Below, piece after piece: positions 12,004-23,832 of a DNA stretch of 64,000 nt. Under the pieces are notes generated by a model. The model was not told the DNA's origin and made no database searches. It was given only the letters and a program-made list of their open reading frames with translations. Both the position numbers and the translations under genes were made by a program. This stretch comes from Tubiluchus corallicola (Eukaryota; Animalia; Priapulida): the NCBI GenBank assembly GCA_030141605.1, contig JAQGDQ010000048.1, forward strand, positions 744,001 through 808,000, in the 5' to 3' direction. Every line of letters starts with the position of its first letter. Position 1 is the stretch's first letter.

Positions 12004-12481
12004 AATTCTGAAAAATATCAATCCCACATTTAAAATAAAAATGACCGTGTCACTTGTAATAACATTGACTTGTTCTTGTCGCCATGGTTTTGCTTGCTTA
12101 ACTATTTACAATGGATTTGTTGATGATGATGATAACGGCAATGATATCGACAATGATGACAATGGTGAAGATTAGATTAGATTTGGTTGGATTTGATTAA
12201 GATGAATGTGGTGGTGACGATGATGCTGGCGATGAAGATGATGACGATGATGAGGACGATGGCGATGACGAGGACGTCGATGACGGCCGACGATGATGGT
12301 GACAAAGATGACGATAATGGTAATACTGATGGCGATGATGACGATGAGTATAATAATGATGACAACAATAGCGGTGACCACAGTCATCGATGATAACGAT
12401 GATAATTTTGACGGTACTGATGATATCTAAGGAGTTTGCTGGGATAAGATTATGCAGCACCTGTAGAAGAATTTTGTGGAC
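12004..12481. repeat. Local direct duplication copy 2, containing a (GAT/GAC)n-rich tract
   Basis: Second copy of 10780-11217 with shared unique flanks and a diverged microsatellite core. Confidence 0.85.
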
Positions 12482-14418
12482 GTTTCCAACAAACGTACTG
12501 GTTTTGTATTGGCAATTGTCGATGGCATCGTGGTGTGGTGTCAGTAACGGTGGTTGCAAGTTTAGCGATGACAACAGTGCTTGTTATGATAATGGTATTG
12601 CTGGTGATAACGAGGACTAATTAATATTAATGATGCGCGTCCTCAAATGCGCTGAATATGCGCAGTATGCGCTCCAGGAGGAAATATCTTGCATTGTGTC
12701 TTATGAAAAATGATCTGTCATCATGTTATAACTTTACTTTGATTGCACGCGAGGAACCGTCAGACAACTCGCCTGATAATAGCTACTCATTTACCTGCAA
12801 TCAATACCTGAGTGATGGGACCGCAAAAGCAATTACGCAGCTGATGAGATTGTAGCACAGGTAGCATGGTAATCAAATGAATGCTTAGAATCGATTATGG
12901 ATAAAATTACATTCCTAATAACAAGTGTAATCCGCGTTAGAATATAGGTCTAGGCCTTAGATCTTCAGGCTATTATAGAACCAAAATTAGGCTCGCAAAC
13001 TTTGTTTACCATCTTCATTTTTTGCAATTATTCACGTCCCAAGCAAGTCGTCCAGCAGTTTAGGGGACTGTGCTTTCTTCCATCTTAACTAGAATGACAC
13101 AATGAAAAAAACTCGCTAAACAACAAGGTAGTCTGGATTATATTTTTGGTTCTTGGTATTTTTTCAAAAGCTGCAAAGTTAGGCTAAGCATAATATTTCA
13201 CTCATTCAGACTATCCAAGTGATATTCAATTCAATTCAAAGCGTGCATTTATTTCCATATTCATGATATACCTGAGACAAGTAAATGTATTTAATTATCA
13301 CAATGGAAATAGGATGGCGAAAGACCATGAAGGTCAACTAGTCAAGCCATCCTTCAATAGATGAATGTGATTACTGAAATGGCACTGTAACAATTTAACT
13401 CATGAATGGAAGTGAAATTACATTATTACTGTTTTATTTAGCAACTTGATCTGTTTAAAATCTCTAATCAACTTTAAGTAACTGAAAGGTGAAAATGCAA
13501 TCAAAAATATTTAAACATACAGCAAAATGATAAGCAAAAAAGCAATAGTAAGTAAAACCCAAATAATGTGGTACAAATGAATCAAAAATGATCAAAATTC
13601 AAGCTGTCATATCGTCCATGCATAATTCAAAATGCGAAAAACATGCAAAATAATAACAATAAAATTAATTTAAAAAACAATTTAAATGAAAAGCAAAGTA
13701 GCAAAACAGAAATTAAAAATTAGCTTTCAAACAGGGAACTGAATCATGCTGCAAAATACATGCATTAAAATAATAACAAAAGTGTCTGATTAATAAACAA
13801 AACAAAAGAAAAACAAATCAGACACGTATTAATGACAATAGCGTAAACCAAACTTGCTAATTCAATCCGGCCAGTTCGACCATGTCCAGTCTCATTAATT
13901 TTAATTCACCCTGTGACAATCGGTGCTGTAGTGTGAATAGTTGGCTTCGGTTAGTACAGTAACATGGTAACTGGTCAGTCTTATGGTCACTTTTGTATTG
14001 AATATGTTAAACACGTGTGCAAATGTGAAAGTTAGTGTTTACTAGTATCTCATCAAACCTCCAAAGTAGGAAAAGTTGTAAAAAGATGGGATAAAAAAGT
14101 TACTTTCACCACACCCTAGTGTTTACTGTATTAAGTTAAAGGATATATATAAGCTATTTCAGTAAGTTACTGTATATATATATATATACATATACAGTAG
14201 CTTACTTAACATTAACATTAATTATAAAAAATATCTTAACTACTTACGTTAATATTATAAGTAATTAGCTATCTTTGTATTTTTACAAATGACCCTTAGT
14301 GATTTTTTGGTATGCTTTGTAAAAGCTGATATTTTTTCTAGATTAAACAGTAACGCAAACTATAAATTGCACACACCCCACTGCTGTGCCTTTTCATTTT
14401 GCTGGTGTTTAAATGTAG

Positions 14419-14574
14419 GTAAGACAGAAAGGACCGTACGTCTACAGAGAGATGGAAACAAAAGTCGAAGTTCAATTCTATGGCAAATCCGTTTCGTTCA
14501 GAACAGAAGTTCAACAAGATTTTGACATGTCTCAAACCCTGCTAGAATGTATTACCTGCAGAAAAACAGCAAAG
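14419..14574 (+). CDS. CD36-like protein, exon 3
   Basis: VRQKGPYVYREMETKVEVQFYGKSVSFRTEVQQDFDMSQTLLECITCRKTAK contains the GPYVYRE CD36-family hallmark. Acceptor aatgtag; donor AAG|gtacaa, phase 0. The donor is weak but frame-consistent. Confidence 0.88.
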
Positions 14575-15350
14575 GTACAAACCCAGAATGTTTAGATGTA
14601 AGCTCATGTTGTCACTGAAATGGTAGCTCAAATTTTTATGCGCTCGGACACATTAAGTATAGGCGTTTACCTAGTCCGGGAGTCCAAGGCTCTAAAATTG
14701 GCCTCGTTCGCTCAGTCTGTTAACCAATTTTTACCTATAACAGGTGACAGAGAGGACCTTAGTGCTTATTGCCTTGGTGGCAGTACTAATGTTCAGGGGG
14801 ACCTTGTGGACCTTAGTGTTTATTGCCCGGGTGGCTGTATTTATTATCAGGTGGGCTTTGTGGATTAGTACAAGCAGAGGAAATCACCTGATTGTGGCTT
14901 CCGCTCGTCGTGCAAGTTTTAACGATCAAAAGAAAGAACACATCGTTTAAATTCTATTGCTAGGAAGTATCGCAAAACGTAAAACGTTTACAAAAAAGAA
15001 AAAAAGATGATGTTGCACTTGAAAAGATTACGTCAAACTTAATAATTTACGTGCGTCTTTGGTCTGATGGGCCTGTGTAGTGTTTTTAGAAAGTGCTAAG
15101 TCGCGCACATTATTCTTCAGGTTCAGATTATGTTATGTTATTTGAGTAGCTTACTAAGATACAAAGAGAGTCATGTTAAGAAAAAGCTGTAATACACTAG
15201 TGACTTACCAACAAGTAAAGAGAAATTTACTTGTAAGCCCCTATTACATAAGTCCAGTATTAAGAGAGCATTTCTACAATACACTCAAGCTCAAAACAGT
15301 TTTTATGTCCACATTCTCACTTTTCCGTTTAAAATTTGTTCTGCTTTCAG

Positions 15351-16377
15351 GTTCCAATGTTAAACTGGAATTATTTGCGTCTTGTGGGTCCTTACGGCAG
15401 CGATGCGGGATACGCCCTGTCTCAGGTGCCCAACTCTCTAAGATTGGTTCTTGAAAGAATAACTGAAGCTAACAACTGGAAAACTGTAGACACTTTACAG
15501 TTCTTTGGTCGCCTGCAGCCAAGCGACATCCAACTGGTGGACACGGACACAGACTTTCCTAAAGGCTTTTCGTCATTGGGGTTTGGAAGTTGGTTGTATC
15601 AAAACGACACCCCTTATAAAACTGAAATTCTGAGATCAAGAAGGGGACGATTCTTCAACATTACTGAAATGCGTGGTTTGTACGAAGTGCTTCTTTCTTC
15701 TGACTTGCTAGGTATCAATAGCTTACTGAACAACAGCTACAACTGGTGGTGTGAGAAGGAATTACAAGATACAGTTACAGCTTTTATGACTGCAACTGCA
15801 GTGTTGGCTAATGCCACTGAAGCAGAAAACAGAAGTGAAAAAGCAATTGAACGGTTACTTGAGAAAAGCCATTGTACGTTTGTCTTTCTTTTACAAAGGC
15901 ATCGCCAACTAGCTTCAGAGGACGAAGCCAACAAATCAGACTCGTTTATTACAAGAGCTAAATTGACTGTGATTGCCTCAATGATTGCGCAGTATTTGTG
16001 CATTTCTAATGAATCGTGTTTAGATTTGTCATCTAGTGATACACAATCTTCTTTTACTGAGGCCGTAAGGGATTACGTTTTGCAACATCTATGCCATTTT
16101 GCATTTTATCAGACAGTGGTTCTTTCAGACAATGACATAGTAACTCAACGTGTTGCAGAGGAAACGTTGCTAGGTTACTCAGTATTTGGCGCAAGCAACC
16201 GTAGATATTTGCCACAGAAGAAGCGCCCACAACTTTGGACAGGTGAAAGTACAATGACGATGACTGGTGTGTTGCAGTACACTAAAAACATTTCTAGTGT
16301 AGAATATAACAGCCCTTACATTACAATGTTGACTTGCCTTGCTGACAACATGGGACAATTAAATATGTATTGGGATG
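15351..16377 (+). CDS. CD36-like protein, exon 4 (1027 nt, enlarged ectodomain)
   Basis: Acceptor ctttcag and donor G|gtatgt, open throughout. Starts VPMLN and later contains IVTQRVAEETLLGY (family LFVTRTVxELLxGY). Has multiple N-x-S/T sequons. Confidence 0.85.
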
Positions 16378-16800
16378 GTATGTTCTGTCTTACATTCTGT
16401 TTGTTCTTGAATCAACATTTATCAAAAGCATTGTAAATAGCTGAATCGTTGAGTGAACAAAGTTTGTTACCGATGTTCCTAAAGCTAAAAGCAATTCTTG
16501 TATGAATGAGTGTATTGCATGCATTAAAAACATATTATTTTGAGTTAGAACTATATAAAATGGTATTGGGCAATTGAATTTTAAAATCAAAAAATGTATT
16601 TTAAGTGGAAAGAGCTTAGCACTGTTAACTATGAACCACGGATACGTTGTAATTAGCTAAATACTCCAAACAAATTTATGAAATACCAAAGTTGCTGACC
16701 CTAGTTAACTTTGCGTCTTTGTCTTGTGGAAAATTTCGTCCAAATTCACCCGAGTGGCCAAGCTCAGGTAGTACCATCTGACTTTATTATTTTCCTTCAG

Positions 16801-17052
16801 GTTACTCGGGACAGAAATATACAAACATTGAGCAGTTCCCAAACGCGACTTTCGAATCTAGACGCATACACGGACATAGCACGAGCTTTCCTCTCATCAG
16901 AGATAAGCTAGCATGCAGGCCAAGATCACATGTTCAACTCAGTGACCAACTGACTGTGTTCATCAAGGAACTGTGGCGATCCGTGACATACGTGTTTCAT
17001 CAGAAGAAGTACATCAAGGGCGTACAGACGTGGAGTTATGTCATGGATGATG
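16801..17052 (+). CDS. CD36-like protein, exon 5
   Basis: Acceptor ttccttcag, phase 1/1. GYSGQKYTNIEQFPNATFESRRIHGHSTSFPL...LTVFIKELWRSVTYVFHQKKYIKGVQTWSYVMDD aligns with the family pattern INGTDGxxFPP...LxxFxxDLCRS...GIxxYRY. Confidence 0.85.
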
Positions 17053-17831
17053 GTTTGTGATATCTTACATTTAATTTTTTCAAAAACCAAATATTTTGCA
17101 AGGCTATTTCTGGTACACCAGGACCTGATAAATTAGCTGACGCTAACAGACCCTAACAAAGTTGGCTCTAGATGTTTGCTCTCAAAATATTTGCGAATCT
17201 ATGTTATAACCAATCGCAGTGTATATTATTATCCTAAACGGAACCGAAATTTAAAAATACATTTTTAAGTTAAACTTTTCTATTATCATGCATTACTTTG
17301 CTACATTGTGCGTGTGTGTCTTGTGTGGTCCATTATGACACTTGACAATATTTTTTGTACTTTCAAAGGCAGGTTAGAGATCACAAGAGACACAAAAGTA
17401 ATTTAAAGAGCCGTGTGACAATTTATAACTTCTGATTATCAATTTGACCCATTTTTGTAAATACAAGTGTAAATACAAGATGCTGATAAAAAGTGCAAGA
17501 ATATTCGTGAAATAGCCAAGTGTCGCATTAGACTTTAAATACAGGCTACAGCTAGATTTTAAAAATGAGTATGAAGTGACGTAGCCGATCAACTGTAGCA
17601 TTTTAACTTCAAAGGCAAATCTGGTGCTACACGAAAAACGTAAGTATCTTAACAGGCCAAGCGCTAGAGAACCGTTCTGGTTTTTAACTATGAAACAATT
17701 GACTTGGATCAGTTTGAACAAATTGACTTTCAACCATTTGGATGTTTCTGTTCTTTCTTTCTCTATAGTTTTTCTGATTTGGATAAAATTTCGTATAAAA
17801 TAAAATAAAATCCTCGTGTCAATTTTTCTAG

Positions 17832-18001
17832 AAGTTTGGAGCGCCGGAAACGGCTTCGTTGACGAAACAGGCCTTCATCGTCTCACCGGTGTGAATGGGT
17901 TTCCTTCTTGGATCAGTTTACCTCATTACCATGGCAACGCTAAGTTGACGGCACGCTTTGGAATGTCAAAGCCATCGTCAGCTTTTGACTACCAGTCTCT
18001 A
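17832..18001 (+). CDS. CD36-like protein, exon 6
   Basis: EVWSAGNGFVDETGLHRLTGVNGFPSWISLPHYHGNAKLTARFGMSKPSSAFDYQSL contains the PxxISLPHF/Y motif. Acceptor tttctag, donor CTA|gtatgt. Confidence 0.88.
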
Positions 18002-19200
18002 GTATGTAATTTTTAAGTTTCATGTTACAAAGAAACTAAAACGAATAACATTGGCAAAAAGACGATTCATTATTATTTTTCCCATACCCATCTTATCCAA
18101 AAAACTTATTCGGAATGTTTTTCAAAATATGATAACAATAATTGTAATAATAAAAAAAATTCTCATAATTTGGATCTTAATAAAGTTTGAAGACTAAAAG
18201 CATTTTAGCTTAGTTTGGCAAAACTGGCCATTATCGGGATTTTATGGTAAATATACAGCAGTTACTGGAACGTAATGTTACTAATAACTAAGGTTTAATG
18301 ACCCAAACGACCATTTACTTGCTCATAATGGGTTCTCTTGTGTGCCAGATTCCTAATGGCGGATGTATGAAATCAGATGGGTTGCCGAAACTTCGGCAAA
18401 CAAGAGGTTGTTGATAGTGAACGTTGATAAGTGATAATAGTTACTGATGACGATTGCAGTGGCACCTTTCTGAATAGAATATTTTGTGTAACATTTTAAC
18501 AAATGATGCTTTATACCTTAAAATATTTCCAGTGGGCATTAATTAGAGACGCCGTTGGTCAGGCTGCATATTTGACGAAATAACTGGCTTCGTATTTTTC
18601 GTTCGCATACGTTTGTGTGTTGGACGTGAAAAATTCATTATTCAAAGTAATGAACAAACGATTCCGATTTGATCGGAGCCCAAATTAATCTTCTTTGCAC
18701 GTTTACTTAGCAATGAATGTGTTATTATAGCTTGTTGATACTGGCTACTACTCTTTGCAGTTATCGCATTTGACAGGTTTGCATTTTGCAATCTTCGGTT
18801 GATATAGGTAATAAATGTTTAATTAAAACTTCCGTAGAAAAATTAAAATTTGGTTATTTAACAATAATGCCTTTTAAACCAGAATTTCTAAAAAGTAATT
18901 AATATGAAATTATTGTGAAATACACGCCAAGATTTCTTAACCTATTTCCTTTAAAGTGGTAAAATAGCCACACATATATTCTATGAAATTTAGTAAAAAA
19001 GTACACAGTCATTCATGTAGGCTTAACAATGCGATTCAGTAAATTACGTGTATTGTGCCCATTTTTAGTGCGAGTAATAGTACTGTTAGTAAAGTTATTA
19101 TGAACACGCAGTGTTATGATATAATTACGCTGAATGGCTGTGCTACATAAGTGCAATCATTTAATTGTTACAGTCGGCGGTTGCTACTGCTGCTCCCGTT

Positions 19201-19202
<2 letters not shown>

Positions 19203-19293
<91 letters not shown>
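19203..19293. repeat. (CT)n microsatellite
   Basis: Pure CT run of ~90 bp. Confidence 0.97.
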
Positions 19294-19295
<2 letters not shown>

Positions 19296-20966
19296 CTCTT
19301 GTTACTGTGGTTTTTTTCTAGTTATTGTCGATCATTGTTGCTATTGCGGTCACTGTTTTTGTGGTTGTTGTTGTAATTGGTGTCGTTACCGTCGTCGTCG
19401 CTAGATAATTGTGGTCCTGTAAGGTGGGGGTGGCGTTGGCGTTGGCATGGGAACCTTCGCCGATTGCAGTTACCATTGTATGCGGTGGATTATCACGTAA
19501 TTTGTGATGGTCTTGCCTATGCGCAGAACGTTACCTGTGGTTTCAGATTTCGATTTTGCATGCCGTGCATTCACAGATGCAGAATCAGTGTTGATTGATT
19601 TATGCATTTACATTACGCAAACCTGTTTATTTTCACATACGTTACTCATCCCTAAAACTGCAGCACTGTATGATCAATAACTTACTATTATATGCTCTTT
19701 GGATATAAAGATTGGCTACTTTGGATAGTTGAAGCCGTTTTGTAACTTACGTCCAATTGGACTTATGCCAACTTCAACTCGAAACTAAATAACCATGTTC
19801 AATTTCGTCTTTTATTTGGCACACTTAAAAAATACGCCATTAAAATGCTGTCCTTTAATAATCTTAAAGACGATAAACCAGTTTTTTAGTCGTGACTTCT
19901 GTTTCTCCACAAACAGATTTTTTTCTTTATAAATAGAGAAACACTTAGCCTTGTGCATAGAGTTTACACAAATAAATCGGTTTCTATATTCTTCAAACTT
20001 TTATAATTGGCTGCCGCTTCTTATGCAAAGTAGGCCTATCTTTTGATAGTATATTTGTAGCACATGACGAATAAACTCATAATTATAAATAGTTGAAATT
20101 AAACGTGAATGAAAGCAAAGAAATGTGAAAAATCTGGCATTGAGTGATACAAGACTTAAACTAAAATAGTTTTTTGTTATGAACAATGTTTGTAATTTTA
20201 CTACAAGGTGCGTGCGTACGTATAATTTTAGTCGCAGTGTTTCAAACAATAAGAGCATGGTAAAAATAAAATGTATCAATAATTCACGAAGAGAGTGTTG
20301 TGAAAGAGGGGAATATTAGCGGGCTGCAGGTGGTAGTTTAAAAAAAAGAGCGGCTCTACAAAAAAGACAGGTTATTGGTATATCCAACGCGCTTGTTGCT
20401 CAATTCTCAATGGAAACAGGAACGAGATTATGCTATTGCAAAAATTTGTGTTACATGGTATTTTGGCCAGCGGTTAGATCTCAGATATTATCAACTCATG
20501 CATCCTTTCACCAGACTGTAATTACAACATTGTATTGGCAACTCTGTTACCCAACTCTGTGTTATGTGCTGATATCGTGTCATGAACGGTTTAGTGCATC
20601 CTTCAAGTTGATGAAGCTATGAGCTTAGGAAGCTTTACAACAGACCAAATTTCACTGCTTCTGCCTAGTTCAACAAATGGGTCATGTTCTATGTTTCCGT
20701 CGACTACACTAAGTCTATGTGGGAGCAAATTAATCTAGATTGTAGTCTAATTAGACTAAAATTGGTCAATGTCGCGCTAATTAAGTTGGTAATCATAATA
20801 ACTCTGCTGAATATTTTTAGTGATGCTGAAAGTCCATTCCACAATTACATCTGCTACAATGCAGGTACTTTGTTCTCAATTACAGTGTAACGATATCTTG
20901 CTGTTTCGATATTATTAAAATGATTATGATACTGACTATTAATCAAATCACTGTCTTGTTTTGCAG

Positions 20967-21167
20967 ATTAGCGTGGAGCCCATTTTAGGACAGCTGTGGC
21001 ACAGTACATTGCGATTACAATACAGTGCGGGATTGTTACCTGAATACTTCCAACTTCCCCGAGAGAGAGCACTGAATATTTCTTATTTCAATGAGCCTAT
21101 TCCTCTTTTTTGGATCAACAAAACCATTGAAATGACTTCAAATCATGCGGGAGAATTCAAGTCGGAG
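20967..21167 (+). CDS. CD36-like protein, exon 7
   Basis: ISVEPILGQLWHSTLRLQYS...PIPLFWINKTIEM...SE matches the family EPxTG...RLQxN...PxxW. Acceptor ttgcag, donor GAG|gtagga. Confidence 0.9.
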
Positions 21168-21886
21168 GTAGGAAATGGTATCTCTAAGTAGCTCAAAAAT
21201 GGTGGAGGCATTATGAGGCATTATACAATGCAGGCATTAATCATAGATATAGTCAAATAAGCCGAGGAGCTAGTGTGGTGAGCAGACTTGCTGTGCGGAT
21301 ATCTTAACGTTTGAGGATGATTGACCATGTACCTATAAAAGGGTGTTTTTTGTCATGAGACAAACACTGACAGTTGAAAAATATGTTAATTCAAGGATTG
21401 TTAAAAAAGTTACTGAGCAAAATAATTCCGTTAAATCAAAAAGCAAGAAATTGCGGCTCGAAAATAAACGAGGAAGTAAAATATTAGAAACTTTAAGAGA
21501 CAAGCAATTTCACGGTGCTGATCGTTTGACATTTTATTTAAAGTAGAAATAGTGGGTATACAACACTATGCAGAAAATAGGGCCTACTATTATACATGTC
21601 GTAAACTTTTTAGATCTTGACCTAATAAAAATAGTCCTATCCAGGAAGACGATTATGGGCACTGGACTTCCCGTAACTACCCTGTAAGACCATGTGGTCT
21701 CAGAAGATTTAATGATCCAGACTCATACGAATACTAGACAATTAGCTGGTGCAAAAATTTTAAACTGCAACGTTCTTGTTATACTCGTTATGTGATTTTT
21801 GTATTCTGTTCTTGCTATTACTGTGTTTTTCATAATTCGTGTGACGAAACAATTGTAGCTAAAATTTGACATTAATTATTTTACAG

Positions 21887-22054
21887 GTGTTGAGGTTTTT
21901 AATGTCTTCCTGTGCTGGTTTGGTAACACTGACTTTGTTCGCGATAAGCATAATTTGTTTTGGCTGTCTGGTTGTTTTTTGTCACTTCGGTAAATCCGTG
22001 CAACGGGTCACTCCAGAAATACAAAGAGAAGTCAGCAGCAGAACACCCAGGTGA
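21887..22054 (+). CDS. CD36-like protein, exon 8 (C-terminal TM and tail)
   Basis: VLRFLMSSCAGLVTLTLFAISIICFGCLVVFCHFGKSVQRVTPEIQREVSSRTPR*. The eight exons sum to 2247 nt = 748 aa + stop. AATAAA at 22212-22217. Confidence 0.85.
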   Translation: MLRFLMSSCAGLVTLTLFAISIICFGCLVVFCHFGKSVQRVTPEIQREVSSRTPR

Positions 22055-22963
22055 TGCTTGCTTCAAGGGGAGCTTTATAAAGTTACCGAACCACCTGGTC
22101 CAGAACCTAGGTCTAGTACGTACAACTGGCACGGCTAATGACTGGTAATACCATCTAGGAGCAAGCATTTAAAGTAAAACGAAGTGACTTTGGAGAAGAT
22201 CTTCAAGAGTCAATAAAAATGATAACACCCAAAGATGTAGTTGTTGCAATTGAAGTTTATTTTGTTGTGAAATTTGTACATAAAAATTAAGCTAGCTTCA
22301 CATCAAACTAAAGATGTATGTTTATTATAATAGATATAATTCTCTTGACTAAAGAGGCATACTAGTGTTACAACTTTTCGTATAGATGCAAGTCATATAT
22401 TACGTATATTTGCTAACATACGATATCTCTAAATGAAATCATATTTCTAAAATTAAATGCTTCAAACGTTTAACTCAAGTTATGTCTGAACGTGTAATCA
22501 ATGCATCATATTAATAATAATTTATAAATAGAATGTGTAGCTAAAGGCAACTTGTGCTTTACTGTCGATGTGTATTAAGGTTTTAGGTGAAAATTATTAA
22601 TATTGATGTGTTAATAGCACAACTTTATGTTAAAAGTGGAATCTCATTTAAGTAGCTTCGTAGTTTTCAACTGCGTTAGTAAGTGTAAGCTTAATTCCAC
22701 GCAGTTGCATCATTAAAGTTTGAGGAATGTGATTACATGAATGTGCGTTTTCTTATTTCTACAAAATCGAGACTATGTTGTTGTTATCAAGTTAGCAAGA
22801 TGATATTATTAAAAATATTAATAATTATAAGTTATTCGATTCGTATAAATTACCTTAAAAGCCACAGAAACTTGATACATATATCTACCACAGCAAAAAA
22901 AACTTTTTACGTTTTTTGTATTAAAACACAATGTTTCAACTGCCTTTCTGGCAATTGTCATCG

Positions 22964-23147
<184 letters not shown>

Positions 23148-23289
23148 TAGTAGTAGACATTGAGGCATTAACATTTATAAGAGTATTCCACCCACTCCTA
23201 TCTGCAGCTAACGGCGTAAGTTCTACTCCTAAAGATAGATTTGTTTGAAGCTGTTGCAAATCTTTATTTATCTTAGCTCTCCAAGTTGT

Positions 23290-23769
23290 TTTTGGTTTGC
23301 CATGTGGTTTAAAAATAATAATAATAATAATAACAATAATAACAATAATAATAATAACAATAATAACAACAACAGTAACAATAATAATAATAATAATAAT
23401 AACAGTAATAATAACAATAATAAATGCGTAAAGGAAGACGGTTATTGTAGACGTTGGATAAGATATTCATGGATTGTTGAGACTTTGAAGTAATGTCGTG
23501 GGAAAGGTTTTTTATGAACGATAGCAGACAAAGAAATGACGACTAGGACTTTTTGGTTTGCCATGTGGTTTAAAAAATAAAAATAATAATAATAATAACA
23601 ATAATAATAACAATAAGAACAACGACAGTAACAATAATAATAATAATAATAACAGTAGTAATAACAATAATAAATGCGTAAAGGAAGACTGGATTGTCGA
23701 GACTTTGAAGTAATGTCGTGGGAAAGGTTTTTTTATGAACGATAGCAGACAAAGAAATGACGACTAGGA
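23290..23769. repeat. Tandem duplication (~260 + ~220 bp) containing (AAT/AAC)n, ending ~40 bp upstream of the DMAC2 ATG
   Basis: tttggtttgccatgtggtttaaaaa...(AAT)n...taaatgcgtaaaggaagac...gactttgaagtaatgtcgtgggaaagg...gacgactagga occurs twice, head to tail. Confidence 0.92.
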
Positions 23770-23811
23770 ATTTTCCGATTGGATGTTCCTGGACGAGAGG
23801 CATTTTCTGCA

Positions 23812-23832
23812 ATGGCGGCGCTCGCTAGAAAG
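23812..23832 (+). CDS. DMAC2: DMAC2/ATP5SL exon 1 (MAALARK)
   Basis: ATGGCGGCGCTCGCTAGAAAG|gtaatt: a typical mitochondrial presequence start with a strong donor, phase 0 and compatible with the next exon. Reverse CCAAT (ATTGG) lies ~30 bp upstream. Confidence 0.7.

Noticed and set aside
10950-12620. Poly-M, D, S, I and H ORFs
   Set aside because: Translations of GAT-type microsatellites inside CD36-like introns.
14754-14841. Short tandem duplications and hairpins (here, 1583-1631, 26584-26640, 38899-38949)
   Set aside because: Small local slippage or inverted events typical of AT-rich introns, with no sign of function.
19134-19404. (LS)n ORFs here and at 37782-38092
   Set aside because: Products of CT/GA dinucleotide repeats.
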